Notes under the pieces: generated by a model
Databases searched by the model: none
The model's input: the letters and a program-made list of their open reading frames with translations, nothing else
What the model was told of the DNA's origin: nothing
Translations under genes and position numbers: made by a program
DNA from: Nostoc sp. PCC 7120 = FACHB-418
GTDB taxonomy: Bacteria; Cyanobacteriota; Cyanobacteriia; Cyanobacteriales; Nostocaceae
Length of the DNA: 32,000 nt
Direction of reading: 5' to 3'
Assembly: GCF_000009705.1 (NCBI RefSeq)
Contig: NC_003276.1
Coordinates: 60,001-92,000 of the forward strand
Part shown: positions 24,271 through 32,000 of the stretch, piece after piece
How positions within the stretch are numbered: the stretch's first letter is position 1
How the letters are laid out: each line of letters opens with the position of its first letter

Positions 24271-25473
24271 ATGCCAAAAAATTTGGCTTTGAAAGTAGAC
24301 CAGTTTTTCAATGCAAACCCACACTGCATCATCGCTACCGTTCACGTTGACAGCTTTCCCGCCGACCTACCCCTAGAACCGAATATTCGGGAACCAAACA
24401 AGAAAAGTTCGACATACAGACAGATTTTTGACTCTCTGACTACCGAACCCGAAAAGTTCTTCGAGCGACATAGTGGGATTGTACTGTGTGCCAACAAAGT
24501 CAAGCCCAACAGTAAAAAGACACAACTAGAATTAGAGATACTTGAGGCTTCTGAGGGTGGTAGCGACGGTATCATTAATGGTGGGCATACGGTTTTAGCG
24601 TTTGAGCAAGCAAGAAATTATAAATATGACCTAACCGAAGCTAGAGTCAAAGTCACAATTCATATTGGATTAACTGAGGATGAGGCGAAAGACATTGCCC
24701 TAGCATCAAACACATCTGCCCCAGTAGATGCCCGTTCTAAAGTCAACGCCAGAGGTGACTATAAATTCCTCAAGCAGTTTTTAGCGCAATTGGAACGTGA
24801 GCAAAAGACAAAGTTCAGAATTGCATATTACCAAAACCAAAGCGGTGCGCCTAAAAGTCCACAGTGCAATGTCAACCATCTCATCAAATTAATGAACTGC
24901 TTGGATAGAAATAAGTACAACCCGGACTCTAAAAGCAGAACCAAGCACCCGCCTGTCAGCAATACGCCATCATTGAGTGAGGCGGAAAGACAACGCCTGT
25001 CGAAACTGTTACCGTTACTGTCCAAGGGGTTATGGATTGAGCAACGACTATTTCAGGTAATCGAGGGGCATATCACCAAGCCTAAAAGAAAGGGGGTAGT
25101 TGACCTCGCCTCAATCGACTCCCGCAAGAATACGCTGTTGCCCGATAGCAGATATTCGTTCGGCTTTTCTGCGCCGGCTGATATTGCTATGCCCATTGTT
25201 GCTGCCTATCGAGTGTTTTTGGATGAACAGTACAATTGGATAATACCTTTTGATGACTTTGCTGAAGATTTTCTGCAACATCTGTGGAATAACTATTACC
25301 GCAAGTATTTGGTGTCAGAAAAATTGGCAGGCAATACAGTTGGGAGTAAAATCTGCCGTAATCCAGTGATTTGGGATAATCTTTACGTTTCGGCGCAAAG
25401 TTATCTTAATCAGCAGTTGCTTAAGATGGTTGGATCAAGCACTAAGCGCGAAGAATTGAAGCTGGTGAATTGA
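24271..25473 (+). CDS. AIPR-like (abortive-infection phage-resistance family) protein candidate
   Basis: NIREPNKKSSTYRQIFDSLTTEPEKFFERHSGIVLCANKV...LELEILEASEGGSDGIINGGHT fits the N.R...I..tL...PE.F...NnGIti.a...l.l...IvNG.QT pattern I recall for the AIPR N-terminal region. This was not verified by any search. Confidence 0.5.
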   Translation: MPKNLALKVDQFFNANPHCIIATVHVDSFPADLPLEPNIREPNKKSSTYRQIFDSLTTEPEKFFERHSGIVLCANKVKPNSKKTQLELEILEASEGGSDGIINGGHTVLAFEQARNYKYDLTEARVKVTIHIGLTEDEAKDIALASNTSAPVDARSKVNARGDYKFLKQFLAQLEREQKTKFRIAYYQNQSGAPKSPQCNVNHLIKLMNCLDRNKYNPDSKSRTKHPPVSNTPSLSEAERQRLSKLLPLLSKGLWIEQRLFQVIEGHITKPKRKGVVDLASIDSRKNTLLPDSRYSFGFSAPADIAMPIVAAYRVFLDEQYNWIIPFDDFAEDFLQHLWNNYYRKYLVSEKLAGNTVGSKICRNPVIWDNLYVSAQSYLNQQLLKMVGSSTKREELKLVN

Positions 25474-25584
25474 CGATAATTATTGCTCTATTTCCAAATT
25501 GATACCTATGCAGAAGCTAGAAAGCCTATACTGTAAGGTATCTGCAATTTTTATGATTGTGATTCGCTCCTTATTAAAACTGCT

Positions 25585-25908
25585 ATGACTGATACACCCA
25601 GCAACCGACTAGACCGGATTGAGGCAATTTTAGATAGGGTAGCATCTCAACAACAACTAAATACTCAGGCGATCGCCCAACTGACAACAAAGCTGGACAA
25701 CCTTAGCGATAACGTCAACGACCTAACCAGTAACGTCAACTCTGTATTGGCTAGGGATGCCATACTGAATGATGTGTTACTAGAACTGCGTGATAGTCAC
25801 GAACAGCACCAACAGAATTTTGAAGAACACCAGCGAACTACTAATGCTGCCTTAAACCAGCTTGGGGCTATCTTGGTACAATTAACGAGAATAGACCCAC
25901 AAAATTAA
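25585..25908 (+). CDS. Hypothetical coiled-coil protein
   Basis: 107 aa, Gln/Asn/Leu-rich with heptad character (RLDRIEAILDRVASQQQLNTQAIAQLTTKLDNLSDNVNDL). Confidence 0.5.
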   Translation: MTDTPSNRLDRIEAILDRVASQQQLNTQAIAQLTTKLDNLSDNVNDLTSNVNSVLARDAILNDVLLELRDSHEQHQQNFEEHQRTTNAALNQLGAILVQLTRIDPQN

Positions 25909-25978
25909 ACCCTGTCCTAACAAGTCCTAAATTTCTCTGGTTTGCTTTTCTTTAGACAACTTGACTGTTGAATCAAAT

Positions 25979-27091
25979 TTAAGTTAATCCAGCTTTCTTG
26001 AGCCGGGAGAGTAACCCTGAACGAGTGCTGTAGTCCTTCTGTATTTGTTGAATACTAGCTTTAAACTCCTCTAATGACCCTTGATATTCCGCCAAATCTC
26101 GTAAATCAATGAGATATGCAACGGCTTGCTCGTAGGGTTTAGATTGCTTCAGTTCTATTAATCTATATACCTCCAACCATACCTTATCTTCTTTTAAAGC
26201 CAGTGATTCTAACTTACGTACTTTCTCTTGTTGTGCTATTAGCAATTCCTGCTTAGTACGGTGTTCATTTTGCTCTTTAGCACCTTTTAATAATTCAGTT
26301 ACAGAGCGTCTAGAAATATTATCATAACTAGAATTTTTTGCAGACTTAAATATTTCCCTTAATCTTTTTATCAGCTTCAGCTTAACATTAGGTTCATCCT
26401 TGACTATTTTGAGGAGAAATTCATTTTTTTCTGAAGATGATAAAGCTTGAATCCATTCTTCTATTGGTTCAACTTCAGATTTTTGAGAAACACTTAGCTC
26501 AGTTGCAGATGTTATAAGATCCTGATCGATATCAAAAAATTCTATAAAATTCTCTAGATAGACTGGGAGTTTTTTTAAATTTGCCGGAACAGGTGGTTCC
26601 AGCAAATCTTCTTCTTCCTCAGTGATGGACATGGAAGTAGCTTTTAACCAAGCAAGATATAAAGCTCTTAAATCTCCCTGCAAAATGTCGTCTCGAATCT
26701 GTAAAAACTTACTTAAGCAACCTTCACCTTCTATCCAAGTCCGATATTCTTCATCATCAATATTAATATCTAAAATTACATAGCTTGAGGTTGTAGATAC
26801 TGTAATTTGCTCAGGTAAACAGTAAGGAGCGAAAACTGATGAGTCAATCACCGATTTTGGCAGCCGAAATACTAATTGTCTAGTCCCCCAATTTGCCATA
26901 CATAACATAACGTCAAAGCACTTTTCTAAAAGCTCCTTGGGTTCACCTCTAAAGTCACCATAACTGTAAGTGAAAATTGCACTTCTTGATGTTAGCTGCA
27001 CACGGCTAGAGAGACTACTAATATACGTTTGCTCTGATGTCGTTAATGGATGGTCTAATGCTTGAAATTCGTAATACTGATATTCGCTCAT
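25979..27091 (-). CDS. Conserved hypothetical protein with a 'YQYYEFQALD' N-terminus and a long helical, charged C-terminal half
   Basis: 370-aa uninterrupted ORF in an AT-rich segment, 46 nt downstream of the HNH gene on the same strand. No catalytic motif was recognised. Confidence 0.65.
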   Translation of the reverse strand: MSEYQYYEFQALDHPLTTSEQTYISSLSSRVQLTSRSAIFTYSYGDFRGEPKELLEKCFDVMLCMANWGTRQLVFRLPKSVIDSSVFAPYCLPEQITVSTTSSYVILDINIDDEEYRTWIEGEGCLSKFLQIRDDILQGDLRALYLAWLKATSMSITEEEEDLLEPPVPANLKKLPVYLENFIEFFDIDQDLITSATELSVSQKSEVEPIEEWIQALSSSEKNEFLLKIVKDEPNVKLKLIKRLREIFKSAKNSSYDNISRRSVTELLKGAKEQNEHRTKQELLIAQQEKVRKLESLALKEDKVWLEVYRLIELKQSKPYEQAVAYLIDLRDLAEYQGSLEEFKASIQQIQKDYSTRSGLLSRLKKAGLT

Positions 27092-27137
27092 CGTCTCTAT
27101 TAATTGTTTTTGTATTACCGCAAAATAAAGTTAAGTT

Positions 27138-27446
27138 CTAGCTAACTTTCTGCTCTGCAAACAGTGACAACTGCCCCGGAGAAACATTACCTCTGCCAAA
27201 ACGGTGGTATGACAGGTGACAGCCACTACACAGACAAACTAAGTTTTCTAAGCGATTGTCAGACGGATCTCTATTCCAATGATGGACTTGCAATGTGTGG
27301 GCTTTACGCTCAGAAAAAGTTAAATTATCGGGTTTTTCCCCTGGACGTAAGCAGACTCTACCGCACTTAGCACAACGCCAGTCAGAAGCCGCTTTCAAAG
27401 CTGTGGCTAGTTGTTTCCAATTGTCTGGATATACACCCTGAACCAT
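27138..27446 (-). CDS. HNH endonuclease (small, stand-alone)
   Basis: WRCAKCGR...LQVHHWNRDPSDNRLENLVCLCSGCHLSYH contains CxxC...CxxC and the H-N-H residues. Confidence 0.8.
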   Translation of the reverse strand: MVQGVYPDNWKQLATALKAASDWRCAKCGRVCLRPGEKPDNLTFSERKAHTLQVHHWNRDPSDNRLENLVCLCSGCHLSYHRFGRGNVSPGQLSLFAEQKVS

Positions 27447-27628
27447 AACAGTGTTTTATAACTGATGAAGTAGGTTAATGGCTTAGTAATTACAAGAGCT
27501 TACCTCATTCATCAGGCCAATTCAAATACTCTTGCGTTGACTACGGTGATCGCATCTCATACTGTACCAAACCCCGTACTTGCTACAATCGAATCAATTG
27601 AAACTGCCAACTATTTTTTTTAGCAGGT

Positions 27629-28111
27629 ATGTCAAGTTTTTGGTTCTGGGAACGGGATTCAGTTGAATACGAAATTTTCAATAAATATGAACGGGCATTA
27701 GTTACTCTTGGCGTAAACTTTTCTCTTGAGCAAGTTAGTGAAGCCCTAGAAGGTTGCACTTGTGGGCTAGAAGATGCGTTTAGAAGCACAATCGACTATG
27801 CTTTGTGGTTACAAAAGAATGAAAAACAAGTTTACCCAAACGCAATTTTGATTCGTGCTTTACAGGAACAATGGAAGCCGATGGCATGGTCTGATGACTA
27901 CCTCGAACTACCAAGCTTAGAATCACCTGGACAAAGGTGGTGGAATGCCGCAGCTAAATTATGGGGGTACGATTTACGTAATCAACTTGTTGCAGATGTG
28001 TTTTATGATGACGGCACAGAATTTATCAAATTCACCAACGGCAAAGAAATTACTTTAGAGACTGCATGGCGTTGGGAATGGGAACGAGTGCTGGAATATG
28101 CGACTAATTAA
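27629..28111 (+). CDS. Hypothetical Trp-rich protein
   Basis: 160-aa ORF. A TTGACT-17 nt-TACTGT promoter-like pair lies at 27537-27565 upstream. Confidence 0.55.
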   Translation: MSSFWFWERDSVEYEIFNKYERALVTLGVNFSLEQVSEALEGCTCGLEDAFRSTIDYALWLQKNEKQVYPNAILIRALQEQWKPMAWSDDYLELPSLESPGQRWWNAAAKLWGYDLRNQLVADVFYDDGTEFIKFTNGKEITLETAWRWEWERVLEYATN

Positions 28112-28187
28112 TAACTGAGGTTGCTAATGGAACAGCGCGTAGTTTAATGAGTCGAGTCAGATAGTAAGCTTAAGGGATTCCCCGGCT

Positions 28188-29216
28188 ATGACTCTCAACC
28201 GTATTTTGTGGAATTACCTAATAGCCCCAACAGTAATCACTATTGCTGTTTGCGGTTGCACTACACAGACTCCCAACACTCAGGATTTAATTGCTCAGTC
28301 GCCAAAAGATAGCCAATTAGTCCGTACTTTATCAGCACGGTCTGATTCAGGTTATTCGGTTGCGTATTCTCCAAGCTCTGTGGGAACAATTCTTGCTAGT
28401 GCTGGTGCTAAAAGCATTAAGCTTTGGAATCCTAACACGGGTAAACTATTGCGTACTTTATCAGGACAAGCTTTTACTGTCAGCTTTAGCCCAGATGGTC
28501 AGATTCTCGCTAGTGGTTCTCAGGACGGCAGCCTGAATTTGTGGGATGTTCAAACAGGGAAACTCATCCGTACACTCCAACACTCAGAACCAGTGCTTGG
28601 TGTAGTTTTTAGTCCAGATGGACAAACTTTGGTTAGTAATCTTGATCTCGGATCTATCATCAGGCTGTGGAATTGGCGTACTGGAGAAATCATCCGCATA
28701 AAGGATGACCCTGACGCTTATCAAAAAGGATTTGAGAACTTCAAAACTCAACCAGCCACTTTTAGCCTGGATGGTCAAACATTATTTGCTACAAGTGGTT
28801 CTGGTTCTATGCTCCAGTCGTGGAATCTGAAAACTAGTAAACGAACAGGCAGTTTCGATGCGAAATCATCAATTAATGCTGTCGCTATCAGCCCAGATGG
28901 AAACACCCTAGCTACTGGCATTCGGGATAATGCAATTAAACTGTGGAATATTAATGATGGTAAACTTATTCACACTTTAACTGGTCATCAAGGTCAAGTC
29001 AGAACTGTTGCCTTTAGCCCAGATGGAACATTACTGGCTAGTGGTAGCTCTGATGGCACTGTCAAATTGTGGAATGCTACTACTGGTAAAGAAATCAACA
29101 CTTTTACAGCACACAAAGAACAAGTTTGGTCTGTGGCTTTCAATCCTGATGGCAAAACACTTGCTAGTACTGGACAAGATGGCAGTGTTAAGATTTGGGG
29201 TGTATCCCCACAATAA
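28188..29216 (+). CDS. WD40-repeat protein with an N-terminal lipoprotein-type signal
   Basis: It carries multiple WD40-type repeat units (SPDGQ(I/T)LASGS.DG..KLWN...G), about seven by eye. The N-terminus is ILWNYLIAPTVITIAVCGCTTQ (hydrophobic helix plus Cys). Confidence 0.9.
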   Translation: MTLNRILWNYLIAPTVITIAVCGCTTQTPNTQDLIAQSPKDSQLVRTLSARSDSGYSVAYSPSSVGTILASAGAKSIKLWNPNTGKLLRTLSGQAFTVSFSPDGQILASGSQDGSLNLWDVQTGKLIRTLQHSEPVLGVVFSPDGQTLVSNLDLGSIIRLWNWRTGEIIRIKDDPDAYQKGFENFKTQPATFSLDGQTLFATSGSGSMLQSWNLKTSKRTGSFDAKSSINAVAISPDGNTLATGIRDNAIKLWNINDGKLIHTLTGHQGQVRTVAFSPDGTLLASGSSDGTVKLWNATTGKEINTFTAHKEQVWSVAFNPDGKTLASTGQDGSVKIWGVSPQ

Positions 29217-29402
29217 ATCTACGAGCTTATGTAACCTTGTTCACCACCCACCGGATACCGCCACATCATCTCCTGCAATCCCATAGCTTCCCCATCCGGC
29301 GTGTATTGAGCCGTTTGTTGAGGTGAAGGCCAATTAAGGGATACAGCCGTTCAAAAGCTAAAATTTGCTAGAATTTACATTTGAAAGTATAAAAAAGGGG
29401 TT

Positions 29403-29984
29403 ATGACCACAGCAGTCAGAAAATTTACCCTTGATGAGTACCTGTCCTATGATGATGGCACAGATACTAAGTACGAACTTGTGGATGGAGAATTGGTTGA
29501 AATGCCACCAGAAAGCGATAGGAATAATTTAATTTCTCTTTATCTCCTATCGCAGTTTCTCAAGTTTATCCCCATTCAACTCATCCGCCATAAAGATACA
29601 GAACTGGTAGTCATTGGCAATCGAACTCGTGTGCGGCTCCCTGATTTGATGATATTGACACAAGAATTATTTGAGGCGATCGCGGGGAGACGAGCAACTA
29701 TCACTCCAGATATGCCTTCCCCCGCAATGGTAGTTGAGGTTGTCTCGCCAGGAAAGGTAAATGAAGATAGAGACTACCGTTATAAGCGTTCTGAATATGC
29801 TGCTAGGGGGATTCCTGAATACTGGATTGTTGACCCTGAAAAATCTCGAATTACTTTATTGACTTTGGTTGATGGACTATATGAAGAGTCAGTGTTTCAG
29901 GAGACGGACATGATTAGGTCTACAACATTTCCAATGCTGGATTTAACGGCATCACAGGTATTGGCTGCTGGGCTAGTTCTTTAG
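29403..29984 (+). CDS. Uma2-family (DUF820) restriction-endonuclease-like protein
   Basis: FTLDEYLSY...YELVDGELVEMPPES...PDLMIL...VVEVVSPG...DYRYKRSEYAARGIPEYWIVDP is the canonical Uma2 pattern. Confidence 0.85.
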   Translation: MTTAVRKFTLDEYLSYDDGTDTKYELVDGELVEMPPESDRNNLISLYLLSQFLKFIPIQLIRHKDTELVVIGNRTRVRLPDLMILTQELFEAIAGRRATITPDMPSPAMVVEVVSPGKVNEDRDYRYKRSEYAARGIPEYWIVDPEKSRITLLTLVDGLYEESVFQETDMIRSTTFPMLDLTASQVLAAGLVL

Positions 29985-30114
29985 CCTGTCACATTTCTAT
30001 GCACGAGGGATTATCAACAGAGTGGCTTTTTTCAATCTATGAATTAACCAAAAAGAGTAACTTACCTCAACAAATTTCTTAGAGTCTCAATCCAATGACA
30101 TTTTAACGACAATT

Positions 30115-30438
30115 ATGAGTTCCCCTATTTCCCATGCTGAAGATCCAGACTTCCATTCATCTATTCAGGAAAACCTAAAACAGCTTTCGGCTCAGTTGGG
30201 ATCTCCCTTGGACGAATCATCAGTCATGGAAATATACCAGGATGCGTGTGATCTACTAAGCCACCTTTCCCCTTCACCTCTTACTCTTGCCCGTGTTGCC
30301 GGAACATTACTGGTTTACCAGGTCAATGACACAGAACTGGAAGAATCTAAGTGGTTCAGCAACCAGGTGAAACAATGTCTGGACGAAGAAGAAGTTGAGG
30401 AGTTGATTGAATCTATGTCTCGCACTGATGCTTTATGA
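30115..30438 (+). CDS. Hypothetical highly acidic 107-aa protein (paralog B)
   Basis: 97/107 identical to 21577-21900. About 80 nt of upstream sequence is also conserved. Confidence 0.65.
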   Translation: MSSPISHAEDPDFHSSIQENLKQLSAQLGSPLDESSVMEIYQDACDLLSHLSPSPLTLARVAGTLLVYQVNDTELEESKWFSNQVKQCLDEEEVEELIESMSRTDAL

Positions 30439-30686
30439 ACTTCAAGTAAATAACTCAGACCGAAAATTTTGGCTGAATAACCGCAAAAAAGTTAACAATT
30501 ATTGTTGGTTCCAAAAAATTAATATCGCTGGCTGTGCGGACTACAAATGACCAGCAAAGCACAACAGACTATGGCAAAGGCTCTTACAACCCCATCAATA
30601 AAAGCTCAAAGCTTTTACTAGTGTCAATTGATGCTAAATTCTGTATGCTTCATTAATATGCACTGCACTCCTCACACAAGAAGACT

Positions 30687-30928
30687 ATGCCAAAAAATTG
30701 GGCTTTGAAAATAGACCAGTTTTTTAATGCAAACCCCCACTGCATCATCGCTACCGCCCATGTAGACACATTTCCCGCCGACCTACCCTTAGAACCAAAT
30801 ATCCGAGAACCGAACAAGAAAAGTGCAACATACAGACAAATATTTGACTCGGTGACGACTCAACCAGAAAAATTCTTTGAGCGTCATAGTGGAATTGTAC
30901 TGTGTGCCAACAAGGTTAAACCCAATAA
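30687..30928 (+). pseudogene. 5' fragment of a second AIPR-like gene, truncated by IS insertion
   Basis: The first 80 codons are 73/80 identical to 24271-24510. Similarity stops at about 30925-30931, after ...CANKVKPN, where the IS end begins. The promoter region 30607-30686 also resembles 24190-24270. Confidence 0.75.
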
Positions 30929-32000
30929 AAATCTAGCGTGGCAAAACTTACTAGAGAAGACGACTCTCTAGATTAGCCAAGTAAGCCTTGGGGTCTCTGC
31001 GAAATCGATACTGTTCAATTCTGGCTTTGTGGTGTTTTTGCAATTGAGAGCGTAATTCGAGCCAAGTATGAATATCAACTTGTGCTAAATCAGATGCGGT
31101 AAAAGAATGAAGCTTAGTAGCTATCGCACAGGCAAGTTTGACAGAACCACGAATAACGAGAGATGAGGGGGCAACCTTACGACCGGTACAACGACGTTGA
31201 TGATAACGTAGCATACCAAAAGCGTGTTCTAAGTCATTATTAGTTCTAGGAAAATCTTCAATTTCATAACAATGAAAAAGTCCAGACCAGTAGCTGTGGG
31301 TGGTTTTTATAAAGTTATCGATTGCAGTGTTCAGGGTACCAGCTTTCTGCTTTTGTTGAGACATTTCTGTCAACAGTTGCTGATAACTTTGTTTGACCCC
31401 AGCAGCATCAAGACCTATTTTATTGTTGAGAATATTACTAGCTTTATCAACCCACTGATATGCAACCCTCACAGGTGAAAATAAAGATGCAGTAGCAGAT
31501 AATCCCTTAGCTAGAAGGTGTTTTAGGTTAACTAAAGGTGGTGGTAAAGCACTTCTTTTTTCCATCCTTTCTAAGCTTTGTTCTATCAAAGTCAAATTTT
31601 CTTGTAACTTTAATCCAGATGCCTCTAACGGTGGATGTCCATCATTGGTTATAGAACTACGGACTGCCGAGCAATAATCTTCAATAATAGTCACCAAATC
31701 CTTATCTTCATTGGTAACACTACGTTCAATTTCTCGTAATCCTCTAACTTTTTTTTTTCAATTCCTTTTTTGCATTTCTATCCGCCTCATATATGGGTTT
31801 AATTGCTTCTTTCAGGTAATGGTAATGACATAAACCATGAGCAATTTTAGGTAATGCTAACCCAACAGCTTTACGAATTGATTGTTGTCCATCACTAACA
31901 ACTCCATCAATTGGTACATCCAGTGTATTAGCCACTTCTAATAATAACGCTACTAAATCTTCATTCCTTGATGATAATAAAGTTTTAGCAAGTAAAATTT
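30929..32000 (-). mobile_element. Insertion sequence (partial; continues beyond the right edge of the window)
   Basis: It contains a DDE-type transposase gene and its left boundary coincides with the breakpoint in the AIPR-like paralog. The terminal repeat cannot be defined because the other end is outside the window. Confidence 0.65.
30951..32000 (-). CDS. DDE-type transposase (family uncertain), interrupted by a 1-nt frameshift in an A10 run. The 5' end lies outside the window.
   Basis: The upstream frame is open from the window edge (..ILLAKTLLSSRNEDLVALLLEVANTLDVPIDGVVSDGQQSIRKAV..HGLCHYHYLKEA..KKELKKKS*). Removing one A from the run at 31749-31758 gives ..KKELKKKVRGLREIERSVTNEDKDLVTIIEDYCSAVRSS.., which joins the 248-aa ORF. 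That ORF carries RTNNDLEHAFGMLRYHQRRCTGRK. Confidence 0.7.

Noticed and set aside
1-32000. Prophage or conjugative-transfer region
   Set aside because: No capsid, tail, terminase, relaxase, T4SS or coupling-protein motifs were seen. The partition genes and IS load fit a plasmid-like accessory region better.

Overview
The window looks like a plasmid or other mobile accessory region of a filamentous Nostoc/Anabaena-type cyanobacterium. At least 15 copies of the HIP1 octamer GCGATCGC and STRR/GGCTACGCC-type short dispersed repeats support this origin.

Layout, left to right:
1. An edge-truncated filamentous-haemagglutinin/TpsA-like exoprotein gene (minus strand, absent from the ORF track).
2. 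A 1.4-kb gene-free AT-rich region with phased 11-bp repeats and an IS5 remnant.
3. A HAD hydrolase gene, a 312-bp MITE-like element and a small-protein + HNH pair.
4. A tyrosine recombinase followed by three tightly coupled unknown genes.
5. Two divergent partition loci: actin-like ParM + small RHH-like protein, and ParA + ParB.
6. A decayed patch: a Uma2 remnant and a 5'-truncated methyltransferase-like ORF abutting an IS200/IS605 element with tnpA and an apparently intact tnpB.
7. Small unknown genes and a 1.4k-aa strawberry-notch-like methyltransferase-helicase fusion.
8. About 12 kb of cargo: DUF2811-like, acidic 107-aa protein, CutA, stand-alone PD-(D/E)xK nuclease, GNAT, AIPR-like protein, coiled-coil protein, an HNH + 370-aa 'YYEFQ' operon, a WD40 lipoprotein and a Uma2 endonuclease.
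9. A second, IS-disrupted copy of the acidic-protein/AIPR-like module, next to a frameshifted DDE transposase that runs off the window.

I saw no rRNA, tRNA, CRISPR array, reverse transcriptase, recognisable Rep protein or conjugation gene.

The best candidates for something undescribed are:
- the convergent AIPR-like/coiled-coil and HNH/370-aa modules at 24.3-27.4 kb;
- the duplicated acidic-107-aa + AIPR-like module;
- the cargo segment bracketed by duplicated strawberry-notch 3' ends;
- two possible origin-like non-coding regions (11-bp iteron-like repeats at 2.5 kb; a TTTTCCACA DnaA-box cluster at 20.2 kb).

All functional calls rest on motifs read by eye. No database search was possible.
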